A stretch of DNA of 64,000 bases from Eledone cirrhosa (GCA_964016885.1 OZ024740.1:53134001-53198000); one strand, 5' to 3'; counted from the stretch's first letter, positions 14,144-28,321 are shown. Notes: generated from the sequence alone by a model not told the origin. Numbers and translations: made by a program.

Positions 14144-14190
14144 CACTGACAGTGTTTCATCCATACCATGGGGAAGGACTCATCAGAGCA
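14144..14190 (-). ncRNA. Canonical minimal type I hammerhead
   Basis: Minus strand reads tgct-CTGATGA-gtcc...ggat-GAAA-cactg-TC-agtg, followed by aataaa and a short tail to (TA)n. Confidence 0.7.
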
Positions 14191-15194
14191 TTGAAAACAA
14201 AAAATACAATAATGAAGATAAGCTCTACAGATCTACATCATAAGAACAATAGATATATGGATCATAGGATAATAGTGAGAATGGAGATAATACATAATAG
14301 GGTTGTTAGACAGAGTAAGGAAAGATAAAGAAAAATAAGGAAAAATAAAATAAACTGAAGTAATCACACAAGAGATAAATGCATGTGGAGGAATCAGTCA
14401 AGGCAATAAAGAAAAAAGAAAAAAAGAAAGAATACTCAAAAATAAAAATAAAAATAAAAATAAAAATAAAAATAAAAATAAAAATAAAAATAAAAATAAA
14501 AATAAAATTAAAAATAAAAATAAAAATAAAAATAATAAAACAAAAAATAATAATTGATTAAACAATAGTAAAAAAAAAAATTAAAAAATTAAAAATAAAT
14601 TAAAAAAATTATTCAAAAAATATAAAAGGTATAAAAAAAAATATATATTAAAAATATATATATATTAAAAAATATATTAAAAAAATATATATTAAAAAGT
14701 AATAATAATAAAAAAAAATAAAAATAAAAAAATATAATAAAAAAAAATAAATAAATAAAATAAAAAAAAATAAAATAAAACAAAAAAACAAAAAATTAAA
14801 AAATCGAAATTAAAATCTAATTAAAAAACGAATTAAAAAAAATAATAAAAAAATATATATTTAACAAAATAATTAACAAGAGAGAGGGGAAGGCATATAT
14901 GCATATGAGGGCACACAAAGGAGAGGAAGCATGAATTGGTCACAGTCGAATAGATATAGGCCAGATGATTTCCCATGACAAAGAGTCTTGTGTCCTATAG
15001 TTTCACAGGGTGAGCTACAGTCCACTCGAATGTTACAGTTGTCGAAGTAGGGATATCCAGCAGATAAATTACGATATGACTAGGCATCAGCCGGGGTGTC
15101 ATATAGAGAAGTGCCATTTAGCTCTTAAAGTATGGTAATAAGGTTCAGGTGGATTTAGTATTCTCCAAATTCAGCACGGTTAGGGCTGTGCAGA

Positions 15195-15242
<48 letters not shown>

Positions 15243-15251
<9 letters not shown>

Positions 15252-15487
15252 GACGTAAAATAAGAAAATTTTAAAAATTAAAAATCAACTTACTTACTAA
15301 AATTTTCACTCCAACTAATTAATTTCTGTAAGGGGATAAATATCCCCTTACAGAAACTAATTAGTTGGAGTGAAAATTTTAGTAAGTAAGTTGATTTTTA
15401 ATTTTTTAAATTTTCTTATTTTACGTCTTTCATATATTTGTTCTGCATCCCCCTGCATAGAACCACAAAGGTACTAAGACATAACAT
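15243..15487. repeat. Near-perfect hairpin (about 95-bp arms) plus tail, carrying HHR 3' half GAAA-ctaattag-TT
   Basis: Arms at about 15243-15340 and 15342-15438; palindromic stem III-like sequence; adjacent to (TA)n. Confidence 0.7.
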
Positions 15488-15540
15488 ATATATTTGCTAG
15501 CATGGGTGTACATCTGTACACATATGTTGGTAGATGTACT

Positions 15541-15676
<136 letters not shown>

Positions 15677-15964
15677 AAATTTGTATGTGCGTATAGATAT
15701 ATATGTACATATAGATATATATGTACATTTATATATGTTTGTATGCATGTTTTTGTGTTTGTGGGTGTGTGTGTCTGTGTGTCTGTGTATGTTATAGTTA
15801 TATGTTACTTCGAAGTAATTGCTAACAGTATTATGACAAATATTAGACTTTAAACATTTACTGAGCTCTCGATGAATGTTTAATGATAAAAATATATCGA
15901 TACATACATGCACATACGTTCACATTTACACACACACATACTCACACACACACACACACACATA

Positions 15965-16005
<41 letters not shown>

Positions 16006-16008
16006 ACA

Positions 16009-16066
<58 letters not shown>

Positions 16067-16211
16067 AACTGAGAGGGAGAAAATATAATAGAATATAAAA
16101 CACGATTATCGTCTTGTTTTAACGTTTTTGTAAGTTTATTTTTCATATTACTTTATGAGTCCTTCGTAACTCATTTGTAACAACAACATTTCTAAATTCA
16201 TAATCAACATT

Positions 16212-16329
16212 TATTCACAAACTGTTTACCGATAAATCTGCCAAAACTCACTCACTTACACGAATCACAAGAACACGTGTGTCATGTCTACACATACATT
16301 TACGTGTATGAGTGCGTATGGAGGCAGAG

Positions 16330-16396
<67 letters not shown>

Positions 16397-16480
16397 TCTC
16401 TGCCTCCATACGCACTCATACACGTGAATTCGTGTAAGTGAGTGAGTTTTGGCAGATTTATCGGTAAACAGTTTGTGAAA
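16212..16480. repeat. Inverted repeat centred on a (TA)n tract
   Basis: ttcacaaactgtttaccgataaatctgcc...ggaggcagagatgat (TA)n atcatctctgcctcc...ggcagatttatcggtaaacagtttgtgaa. Confidence 0.7.
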
Positions 16481-17725
16481 ATATAGAGTGTGAGTTACGA
16501 AGATTACAGGTCGCTTAACTCCTTGGGAATTTCCATTAGCTGACACATACTCAATAGTAGAAGTGGTACATCTGAACCCCTCGAGCTTACAAACGAGTTG
16601 TAATGCTATATTACCTTGACTATATATACATATGTCAGATATATATATGTGTATATATATATATAGATATATATATTCATACGTTTGCAGTATAGAATTA
16701 TATATGTATGTGTGTATGTGTGTGGATATGTGGCTACAAGTGTATATGAAACTGTGGGAATGGGACAGAAGTTTAATAATGGTTTAGATAAAATCATCCT
16801 ATATATCTTTAGATTAAACATATATCTATAAGCCTATACATTTTATATATAAGCGTACTTGTATGACCTCTAATATACATACGTGCATACGCACGCACAC
16901 ATATACACCCCCACATATATATATATATGTATGTAAAGACACACACACATACATATATATATACGTATACACATATATATATATATGTATATGTAACTAT
17001 GTATATGTTCGTGTGTGTTTTGTATTCATTTTTGTGTGTCCTTTTTGCACGTATACATACATACACACACTTATATATAAGTGCTTTTCTGCCGATGTAT
17101 ACCATGTGTATGCATGTGTGTATCAGTTGTCATAATCCTCTATGGGGTATATTATGAACAAAGTAGGAATAGGAAGACAAAACATTAAACTTTATTTTGT
17201 GTTGACGTAAATTGTGTAAGAGAGATATCAGATGAACTTTGTTGTTTAGTGTCTGTTGGAAACACATATAATATAGAGAGGAAGCAGTATTGAATGAACT
17301 ATGGAAAGGTGATATTATATCGAAAATATAGCTAATTATATGGGACATCACTTGCCCTTAAACTGTTGATAACCATGCCAGATAAAATGTCATACCACCT
17401 ATCATTATGATGATGATGATGATCTTGGTGACGATAACAACGATGACGATGATAATGATGACTAGTAAGATGATGGTGGTGATGAGAAATACGATGACGT
17501 TGAAAATGATGATAATGATGAAGAAGATAAAGCTGAAAAAGAGGAAAATACAGAAGAAAAAGAAAAAAAGTGGATAGTGCTGCTGCTGCTGATGATGATG
17601 ATGATGATAATAATGATGATGATGATTTTGATGGTGATTTTGATGGTGGTGATGATGAATAAGATGGTAATGTTATTGATATAATAAAGATAGTATATAC
17701 ATATATATATTATATATATATGTAC

Positions 17726-17777
<52 letters not shown>

Positions 17778-17794
17778 TTATATATATATATATT

Positions 17795-17882
<88 letters not shown>

Positions 17883-18456
17883 ATCTTTATTATATCACTA
17901 TATATATATATTTATATATATATATATATAATATATATATATTTGCGCGTGTGTGTGTGTGTGTATGCATGTGTGTCTGATTATTTGTTTTTTATTTGTT
18001 TTTTATTTCTGTCAAACAAATGAGGAGCTTTAGGAGATATGTTTCATTCTTTCAGAGAAATATTGGTGTCAGCTTTTATGAAAGAATGAGATTATTTTTC
18101 CGAGTCCATTTCTATCTGGAAGCATAATTTTGTGTTCAAATTTTGAGCAACGCGCAATTTTACGCTGCGCCAGCTTCCCATGTAACGCTATCAGCAACAC
18201 TTAAGTGTGTGAAGTTGAGAACATGCCTACCTCCTGCAGTGGTGTGCAAGACAACAAACCTGTGCATATGGCGTGTGCACAACAGTACACACATACAGAA
18301 TTCAGATATCGAGATTATATTGACATGTACTGTTGATTTCCGAGCATGCTCTTTACCCCAAGCTAAACATTCAATTATGAAAGATGTGTAATGTTGGTTG
18401 TACTGGCAACGAAGAACGTTCGAGAGCGTTTCGAAATTCAACATTTAATTATTTAC

Positions 18457-18480
18457 ATACTACTACTACTACTACTACTT

Positions 18481-18548
<68 letters not shown>

Positions 18549-18561
18549 GCTGCCGCTGCTG

Positions 18562-18636
<75 letters not shown>

Positions 18637-18678
18637 GTACTACTACCACTACTACTACTACTACCACCACCACCACCA
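18457..18678. repeat. (TAC)n microsatellite
   Basis: Direct reading. Confidence 0.95.
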
Positions 18679-19063
18679 TTATACAATGTACACACTATAA
18701 TACGAGTAATAAATTTTGAAAGAATATTCATTAAAGAACTCTTTATATTTGGTTTAATCAATTTATGTAGTATATTTTGTATTTTCGTTTTGTATTTTTG
18801 ATCCAAAGGCCTTTATTGTTTTTATGTTTGGGACATTTCAACTATAGCAGTAACAATAAGAATAACATTTCCCCATCAAAATTATTCAACAAACCAGCAT
18901 TATTAAACTATGTTCGTATAGTTATATTTCTTTTGCAGGAGTTGTATTTCTTTTTTTAGAGATTTGTTAACACGTCTATCCCCAAACTTGATTTGAAAAA
19001 ATTCTAAGACGGGAATGCTTTTTTGCCTATCTGCCTATCTATCGATTTATCTATCTATCTATA

Positions 19064-19132
<69 letters not shown>

Positions 19133-19165
19133 CCCATGTGCCACCACGCAGCACTCCATTTTTCT

Positions 19166-19197
<32 letters not shown>

Positions 19198-19347
19198 CAT
19201 AGGGCAATAAATAAAATTCTAATTTTATTTTTAATATTCGGTAAGGCCAGCCGTGACTCGCTCGGTATGCAAATGAGGTTACTCAGTCGATGTGTAATTA
19301 AGAAAATACTATATATTTTCAACCGTTCAACAGACTGGCAGAGGTAT

Positions 19348-19377
19348 ACAGTCCTGATGAAGAAACATGTTGATTGT
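19348..19377 (+). ncRNA. Hammerhead remnant lacking stem II
   Basis: acagtc-CTGATGA-a-GAAA-catg-TT-gattgt; the surrounding 19240-19450 is homologous to 59360-59610. Confidence 0.55.
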
Positions 19378-19541
19378 TCCTCAAAGCCAGTATTGAACAA
19401 ACAGGTGACGATCAATCACCGACACAGCACAGCTTCAAATCGAGTCATTTGTTTACAAACGAATCGAACATTATTATTAATGCTTGATATAACACATACG
19501 TACATATGAATATGTATATATATATATATTTATATATATAT

Positions 19542-19577
<36 letters not shown>

Positions 19578-19796
19578 CGTTATTCCGGGTTGAATCGGAG
19601 GTAACCACAGTAAGTAAGGTACTCAATACAATATATATATATATCCAGGGGGTGTAACTTGGAGTTACTGCAGGTTCACCCAGGTGAGCACTCGATGTTT
19701 AGGTTCACTTCTGTGATGAGGTGTAGAGCTACACAGAGTGTAATATATTGAAAGGATAGCAAGGACGATTGGTTATTCCTTCATTGCATTTATTGG

Positions 19797-19885
19797 TAGG
19801 TGATGCGCGTTTCGCCACTGATCAGCTCAAGGTTCGATCTGTATCGATCCTACCCGACTTATTAATCGGCGGCTCGACGGACCCT
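19797..19885 (-). ncRNA. Decayed type I hammerhead (core CCGTCGA)
   Basis: Minus strand reads gggt-CCGTCGA-gccgc...gtggc-GAAA-cgcgca-TC-acct. Confidence 0.45.
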
Positions 19886-19992
19886 TTAAAATGCTATAAG
19901 AAAATGAAATACATGCTATGTGGTAAAGTCAGAGTTTCAAGAGTTTGAGAATATGAGTTGTTTTGATTGGTGGGAAGGATCAAGGGGATGTA

Positions 19993-20350
19993 CTGGCCTG
20001 TAGTGTATGTGAGGGTGGGTGAGATGTTGGTGACGGTCGTTGGCTGTGATGGGCTGTGGTGTGGTGTAGGCGGGTTGGATTTGGCCTGTAGTGTATGTGG
20101 GGTGGATGTGATGATGAGATGTTGGTGACGGTCACTGGCTGGGATGGGCTGTGGTGAGGTGGTGGCGGGTTGGCCTTGGCCTGTAGTGTATGTGGGGGTG
20201 AATGTGATGATGAGATGTTGGTGACGGTCACTGGCTGGGATGGGCTGTGGTGTGGTGGTGGCGGGTTGGCCTTGGCCTGTAGTGTATATGGGGGTGGATG
20301 TGATGATAAGATGGTGGTGACGGTAGCTTACTGGGATGGGATGTGGTGTG
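19993..20350. repeat. GT-rich minisatellite, about 112-bp unit x3
   Basis: Recurrent tggcctgtagtgtatgtgggg...gagatgttggtgacggtcactggctgggatgggctgtgg. Confidence 0.8.
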
Positions 20351-20895
20351 AGGTTAGTGTGTTGTCGGTAGACGGGTTGGCGTGTGTGGGGTGTGGTTGT
20401 GGTGTTGTTGTTTATGGTAGTGGCGTTTGTGATGGTGTGGTAGTTGTGTTGGTGGTGTCGAGTCCTTGGGGAGATACATACCTAGACACTCTTAGTCTGA
20501 CAAATGCGTTGTATATATATATATGTATACATACGCATATATACTGATATATATACAAACGTACACACCTACATACACACACACACACCCGCGCCCACAC
20601 ATATCCACGCACACATATATATCCATATGCATATATACACACATGTATGTGCATGCGCGTGTGTGAATATATAGAGAGAGAGTGGGGGAGTATCGGTGGG
20701 GGTGGCGTACGACAAAGATGGAGGGAAGGTGAGAGCCAATGGAGATGGTGTTATACATATAGACATACACATACATACACACATACACACATACGGATAT
20801 GCGCACATATACGTACACACACGTATACATAAACATACACATACACACACACACACACGTATACACACACACATACATGTATATATACATATACC

Positions 20896-20928
<33 letters not shown>

Positions 20929-20957
20929 GTGCATACACGCACGCATATATATACGCA

Positions 20958-21668
20958 CGTCTCAGCGTGTATGACCATTTTAACTTATGTTTATAGCTCT
21001 GGTATCTTCTTCATATCCATGGAGCGCTTGTCTGCACAATATGGAAGTTGCGTTTCGCTAATTTCTACCTGCCGAAATGCGATTCTCGCTAAATTTATAT
21101 TTGTATTAATCTCCCAAGTCAAGCGATTAACCAGTTAATTTTTTTTTTTTTACTTTTTAGTTAATTCTATTGACTGATTAATCGCTTAAGTTTATTTTAA
21201 AAACAACTCGGTCGAGAGCTTAATTCGTTTTGTGCGGTTTTTGCAATTTTTTGCAATCTCCCCTTAGAATCTCATGTGCTTTCATAACCTGCGAGATTCT
21301 GGCGCAAGGAAACAAAAACCTGTTGAGAAAGCGATGCCTTGTTCGATCATTATACCAAAAGCTTATATTTTATAAGCAGACAGTATTATTGGTTTAGGTG
21401 TTGCAGAAACCCAATTTCGGCGTATTCCATCTTCCCCGAGGGTTTCAATCATATCTCATTTTGTTTGACGCGTTTAGCTTGTTCGCTTTTTTGGCTATGG
21501 TGGTTAATGGCTTCTTAACCATCGTCTCAGCGTGTATGACCATTTTAACTTATGTTTATAGCTCTGGTATCTTCTTCATATCCATGGAGCGCTTGTCTGC
21601 ACAATATGGAAGTTGCGTTTCGCTAATTTCTACCCGCCGAAATGCGATTCTCGCTAAATTTATATTTG

Positions 21669-21670
<2 letters not shown>
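20958..21670. repeat. Element with direct terminal repeats of about 148 bp (period 565 bp), pLTR-like
   Basis: gtctcagcgtgtatgacc...aaatttatatttgta at 20959 and 21524; possible UUGAGAA HHR at 21319-21447. Confidence 0.7.
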
Positions 21671-21762
<92 letters not shown>

Positions 21763-22051
21763 TGCTAGGGTGAGAAATATAATTCTAATTTTATATATAT
21801 ATATATATATAAATGCATATATATATATATATTCAGAGTTTAAACAGTCATTTACAATTAATTAGCTCAAAGAAAGAAGCATTTCTGAGCCGTGAAATAC
21901 AAGTTAATATAAATTGATATATTATAAACACATAAGTGTTTGCATTGCAAAAGACTAAGTCAGCTAGAATGAAATAAACTAATTAAAATAAATATAGTTT
22001 GTTTGTCTCGATATAAATCAATAAAAACAAGCTTATATTGGCAAAAGCCGT

Positions 22052-22186
22052 GATTCCTGGACAAATTTAAATTTCAAAATCCAAACCTGCTCCGTAGATG
22101 AATTTGAACCTCAAAACTTAAATATGTTTCGCAATGATGGTATAAAAAGTGAAATATTCAATATTCTGTGCTTATCAACAGGAATC
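22052..22186 (-). ncRNA. Type I hammerhead, U3-A8 variant with long stem III (family D, copy 1)
   Basis: Minus strand reads gattcctg-TTGATAA-gca...tgc-GAAA-[about 25-bp G:U-rich stem III]-TC-caggaatc. Confidence 0.8.
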
Positions 22187-22574
22187 CAGTGAAATTAAAA
22201 CATTTCACCTCCAAAAATTTTGTAGGACTGGTTAACCAGTACAAACGCACGCGGTACAACCAGCTATCTAGCTATCTCATACTCACAGTGCTAGAAATAA
22301 CAGCCGTTTATATGGGATTAAAAATTAGCTCAACACGTAAGGAGCCGTATTATATTTAGAGTTTAAACAGTCATTTACAATTAATTAGCTCAAAGAAAGA
22401 AGCATTTCTGAGCCGTGAAATATAAGTTAATATAAATTGATATATTATAAATACATAAGTGTTTGCATTGCAAAAGACTAAGTCAGCTAGAATGAAATAA
22501 ACTAATTAAAATAAATATAGTTTGTCTGTCTCGATATAAATCAATAAAAACAAGCTTATATTGGCAAAAGCCGT

Positions 22575-22709
22575 GATTCCTGGACAAATTTAAATTTCAA
22601 AATCCAAACCTGCTCCGTTGATGAATTTGAACCTCAAAACTTAAATATGTTTCGCAATGATGGTATAAAAAGTGAAATATTCAATATTCTGTGCTTATCA
22701 ACAGGAATC
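22575..22709 (-). ncRNA. Type I hammerhead, U3-A8 variant (family D, copy 2)
   Basis: Same fold as copy 1, 523 bp downstream. Confidence 0.8.
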
Positions 22710-23208
22710 CAGTGAAATTAAAACATTTCACCTCCAAAAATTTTGTAGGACTGGTTAACCAGTACAAACGCACGCGGTACAACCAGCTATCTAGCTACCT
22801 CATACTCACTGTGCTAGAAATAACAGCCGTTTATATGGGATTAAAAATTAGCTCAACACGTAAGGAGCCGTATTATATTTAGAGTTTAAACAGTCATTTA
22901 CAATTAATTAGCTCAAAGAAAGAAGCATTTCTGAGCCGTGAAATACAAGTTAATATAAATTGATATATTATAAACACATAAGTGTTTGCATTGCAAAAGA
23001 CAAATTCATCTATGGAGCAGGTTTGGATTTTGAAATTTAAATTTGTCCAGGAATCACGCCTTTTGCCAATATAAGCTTGTTTTTATTGATTTATATCGAG
23101 ACAGACAAAGTATATTTATTTTAATTAGTTTATTTCATTCTAGCTGACTTAGTCTTTTGCAATGCAAACACTTATGTGTTTATAATATATCAATTTATAT
23201 TAACTTGT

Positions 23209-23280
<72 letters not shown>

Positions 23281-24136
23281 CAGGGGGGAAGAAAAAAATG
23301 GCTTCACTTGTGCTTTCAACAAATTTATTTTCTTCACAAAATTCAAAAAGAATTTTTTTCCCGGATTAGAAAAAAATTTTTTAAAGTTGTGTATTCATGG
23401 AATTTATGACACTCACAGAGGTTTAGTGCTGTATCCACCATGGCACTGAAAACTGGGGCGTAATAAAATACATTGCAAAAATGATTTGGAATTTCGTCAA
23501 TACCAGGTCTCAACGTGTTAGGGAAGATATATGCAATTGTATAATTTTCATAGGTTTTACAATAAAAAGCGTGTTGGCTATATATATAAACTAATTCTTA
23601 TTAGGAATCGAACCAGAATAACTAATACCCGACCTGTGGAAGTATTGAATTACTGATGTATTATCCTTATAAAAGCCTGTAGCCGCACATTGATTAGCTA
23701 GGGTCATATAGAGTGATCTCTCCTTTTTATCATGCAATGTGACTTTACTGAGAGAATTGGCAGAATACAAATAGAAAATCAGCGGACATTACACGCTGTC
23801 GCGCTATTATCGGCTTAAGTGGATGGTGTGAGAGGGGAATACGATAATGTTGATATTATTCATTAGCTTAAAGATTGTTTTCCTTTTATTCTGAGAAAGA
23901 AGTATCTGGAGGCAGATAGTTGAGTGGATATGGTGTTCGGACTACCGGCTGAAGGGTTGATGATGTGTTGTACTCAGCTACTAGTACTGCGGTACCATGT
24001 GTCCATATATCCATGATCAATGGTCTTCACATTTAAAATCTTATTCCCATCTCATTCTAGATAATTCTAAATAGCCATCCACAAATAGAGATACGTTACC
24101 ACAATATATATCCATATGTTATGTGTGTATATACAT

Positions 24137-24243
<107 letters not shown>

Positions 24244-24563
24244 CACACCTACGTATATATGTTTATATATAAAATAATATCTAACATGTTTTAGGAGAAC
24301 AATACAGTAATATATATATGTAATTAATAATATTGAGATATGTAATTCTGCTCCTAACATCAACATTTGGTTGAGCTGACTTATTAGACATAACGTGTCT
24401 CTAGCAATCCAGCTGGCCAGCCCGTATCCGTATTCCTATACATTGTCCATGTGCTTTTATATTTCATGTTGAATCTATCATGGTTGATTGTTTCTAGTGC
24501 GTTTAGTAAGATAAATTCTACTGAAGAGCGGTTGGATGTCTTTATGGAGCCAATAATTTAATA

Positions 24564-24945
24564 GACGGTAGATTGGCAGTATCGGTTGAGCGTCAGACGC
24601 CATGCCTTGCTGCATAGAGTTATGGCCCTTTTCGTTCTGCGTTCAAATCCCGCCGAAGTTAACTTTGCCTTTCATCATTACGCGGTCGATAAATAAAGTA
24701 CCAATAATGCACTGAGGTAATTGCTGGCCTTGTGCCAAAAGTAGAAATAAGTATTTAATAATTGTTTCTACTTTAGGCACAAGGCCAGCAATTACCCAGT
24801 GCATTACTGGTACTTTATTTTATCGACCCCGTAAGCAAGAAAGGCAAAGTCAACTTCGGCGGGATTTGAACTCAGATCGTAAAGGGACGTAACTATGCTG
24901 GAAAGCATGGCGTCCGACCCTCTACTGATACTGCCAATCCACCGC
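24564..24945. mobile_element. Tail-to-tail pair of full-length SINEs (+ 24564-24750, - 24757-24945)
   Basis: The second copy is flanked by the TSD aaataagtatttaataat, placing it in the tail region of the first. Confidence 0.8.
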
Positions 24946-25298
24946 CCTTCATATAAATAAGTATTTAATAATGGCACCATTTTCTCCTAGACTCTGACAC
25001 AGCTGTATAGAATTTAAGAGTCGGTCTTTTACCATCTTTATGTAAATTCATTTATTTACTTTCTGATTTTCTTATGTCATTGTACCTAGGTGAGGTTACC
25101 ATTTTAGGAATACGATTGGGACTACATTGATGTGGAAAGCACGTTCCAGAGAGGAATGGACGGCGTGCTGTGACCAGCGGCGCCGATTGGACGCACGACA
25201 GACTGGTCGGTCAGGGTGGTCAAGGTGATATATATATATATATATATATATATACGCAGGGTATTGTACACATTTTCTTTAGTTAATACCTACAGATG

Positions 25299-25329
<31 letters not shown>

Positions 25330-25337
25330 ATATATAT

Positions 25338-26160
25338 ATTAGAAAGTGAGGTTTTTTTTTACAAAATGAAAAATAACCGAGGTGTCCTACACGAGTGAAA
25401 GTATAAAGAAAAAGAGATGAAATCGAAAATGCAGCTGGAGTCTTATTTTTTTTAAAAATATATATATTTATTTGGTTCCTTTACCGGTTTCGCAGTTCTT
25501 CTGCTTTTCAAAAGGTGAGTTGAGATGGAGGGTCTGTGGTTTTTCTCACATCTGGTTGGTCTCTGAATGTTACTTGTTTTATATGGAAAAAAGTGGCTCG
25601 AAATGCCAGGTTTTTCGAGAAGTAATTTGATTGGTTTGTCAATAATTATAATAAATTTCGCGCCAGTTCGCGTTACAATAGTTCTTCAAATAAGAGGGGG
25701 GGGGGGGGGGGTTGTCACAGGTTGTTTTTTCATATATGAGTGTTTGAATTTCTTTTTACTTGAAAAAAGGGGCTCACGAAGGCTTTTTTTTGGTTGGTTA
25801 TAAACGAAATTATGACTGTCACGTGAACAAGTTTTAATTAAATTTACGTGCCCTTATTTGGAAATCCATTCTGTAGCCTTTTTAGCGAATTTTATGATAA
25901 GTGAAAGATAATGGTCAAGAGAAAGGGATGGGAGAATTGTTCTGGTTCAGTGAATATGGTTAGTTCGCTGGGGTGTCAGAATTCAGATTTTCTATTGAAT
26001 AAAGAAAGTAAAGATATGTATGTTTATTTGTGTGCTTGTGTGTGTGTGCGTGTGTGTGTGTGTTGTGTGTGTGTGTGTTTGAATTTCTTTACTTAAAAAA
26101 AAGGTGGCTCACGAAGGCTTTTTTTTATTTAAAAAAACCCTTCGTGAGCCACCTTTTTGA
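25338..26160 (-). mobile_element. Solo Penelope pseudo-LTR (family A) with HHR at 25478-25515 and terminal fold-back at about 26096-26158
   Basis: Homologous to 1975-2730; aaaaaggtggctcacgaagg...ccttcgtgagccaccttttt hairpin. Confidence 0.8.
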
Positions 26161-26474
26161 ACTTAACCACTTCAATACAAGTACACAGCATGCAACACAC
26201 AAAACAAAATTGTGTAGCAAAGAAGAAAGGATAGACACCAAATAACAAATTAGTTACCGAGGAGGTCACAGAATATGCGACGAAAGAGCTTCGATAATAA
26301 ATAAAGAACCATTCGGTTAAATCAATCAACTGGACATTTGTAATAAATTGAAGTAGAAACATCAGGTGTGCGTGCTTTTATTGGCAGCATGACCCTACCA
26401 AAGTATAATAATATCTGTTTCAAGACACGTTTAAAGACAAGAAATCTTGCAAGAGAAATACAAAAACGAAGTAT

Positions 26475-26695
26475 ATAGTTGATTTGTTCGTAAGTTGATC
26501 GTCTAAAACAGTGCGTACAAGTTAGACTATTTCTGTTACATTGATGGTGCAGGTTTCCGTATGAGTGATATATGTACAGTATATAGAGCTATATAAACAT
26601 GTAGTAAGACATTTAAATACTGTAAAGCTTCCTGAGTCTGTTAGTATCTGTGGAAGTTCGTAAGTAGGATGTTCGTAAGGCAGTGACCTACTGCA
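26475..26695 (-). mobile_element. Possible Tigger/pogo-like DNA transposon end
   Basis: Minus strand begins cagtaggtcactgccttacgaac with repeated cttacgaac motifs, resembling Tigger-type TIRs. Confidence 0.4.
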
Positions 26696-26821
<126 letters not shown>

Positions 26822-27121
26822 ACCTGCTCTCTGAAGCTTATCAGTCATCTATTACACCCCCACAATACAATACATTTTAAAAAGGTGGTCGAAGACAACG
26901 GAGAAACGGACGATGCCCAGGACAGTCCTATTTCACCAGTTGACACTGGAAGTATATCTGATATCAATACATTAAGATCACTATTATTAACTTCAGTGCA
27001 CAAAAGACAGTAACAAGTGGACACAAGACAAGACGATTTACAAATAAAATGAAATAAAATAAAATAAAATTGACTGCAAGCTAATGTGCTGGAGCTGATA
27101 AGAAAAGATGGAAACAAGGAT

Positions 27122-27249
<128 letters not shown>

Positions 27250-27567
27250 GTTTTGAAACAGCGAGCGAGTTTGAAATTAGAAGTAGAAGCTTTCGCCGTG
27301 TTCTTTTACTAATTTCATTAGTAAAAAGATGAGTTTGTACATCAATACTCATCTTCTTCCATTTCTTAGAGGGTTCTAACCCTCACTATCAGGCTAAGAT
27401 TCCTTTAACCAATATATACATATATATAGTGAGAGAGAGAGAGAGAGGGGGGGGGGAGAGGTATAGCGACATGAATAGTTATATTTTTATGTTTTACTAG
27501 ACCACGAGTGACGTTCACTTAAAAATAATTTTTAAATAATTCAAATTTACACAGGCATGTATCATAA

Positions 27568-28321
27568 TCTATAAAGCTCAGTGTGTGGTCATGCTCCTTC
27601 GTTATAGAAATCTACGATATAGAATTTCTTCAATGAATTCTTTCTACTACCATTCAAAATCTATACAACTTCATACTTTCTGCTATTTCTCTTTCCAAGC
27701 TTGATGGTGATACTGCCCGTTCACACCACTCCCTACTGTCTTAAATCTAGAAAATACATATCCTCTATGAGGTCACTAAACCTGCTAGAAACAGCAGCTA
27801 ACTCTCCCCCATATCACCCCCCCCCCTACTGTCTTAAATTTAGAAAACATATCTTCTATGAGGTCACTAAACCTGCTAGGAACAGCAGCTAACTCTCCCC
27901 CATATCACACCACTCCCTACTGTCTTAAATTTAGAAAACACATATCCTCTATGAGGTCACTAAACTTGCTAGAAACAACAGCTAACTCTCCCTCATATCA
28001 CAACCCTCCCTACTGTCTTAAATTTAGAAAACACACAGACAACCATGCAGAACAACTCCATCGCAGCTCTGTTGTTCGGCTGGCATCGTCTACGCGCGTG
28101 TTGCGCAAGTACTGTGAAACAATAAATTTCAACACTTTTTTGCACAGAGATAATATCCATAGGTGAAACTACAATTGTCACTGCTGGCGCAGCTCATGCT
28201 TCCAGGTCTGCAATTCATTCACCCAGTGCCTGGCAGACAAAAAAGTGCTGCCATAAAATGGGTGGTGCAACCTAACTTTGGTAACTTAATGACCCCGAGC
28301 AACGCCGGGCTTTAATGCTAG
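27568..28321 (+). mobile_element. Non-autonomous Helitron with internal minisatellite
   Basis: A|TCTATAAAG 5' end (boundary tentative); 3' hairpin cccgagcaacgccggg followed by CTAG|T; about 92-bp unit x3.5 at 27720-28035. Confidence 0.7.

Larger units (their letters stand above)
21835..23212 (-). repeat. Tandem 523-bp repeat (about 2.2 units) plus terminal inverted segment (23003-23212), one HHR per unit
   Basis: agagtttaaacagtc at 21835, 22358 and 22881; the last 210 bp are the reverse complement of unit sequence; flanked by (TA)n. Confidence 0.85.

Noticed and set aside
22168-22882. Identical 63-aa ORF appearing twice
   Set aside because: By-product of the 523-bp tandem; GTG start, no recognisable domain, opposite strand to the ribozyme.
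27720-28035. Regularly spaced repeats suggestive of a CRISPR array
   Set aside because: Whole units repeat with no unique spacers, there are no cas genes and the context is eukaryotic; it is a minisatellite.
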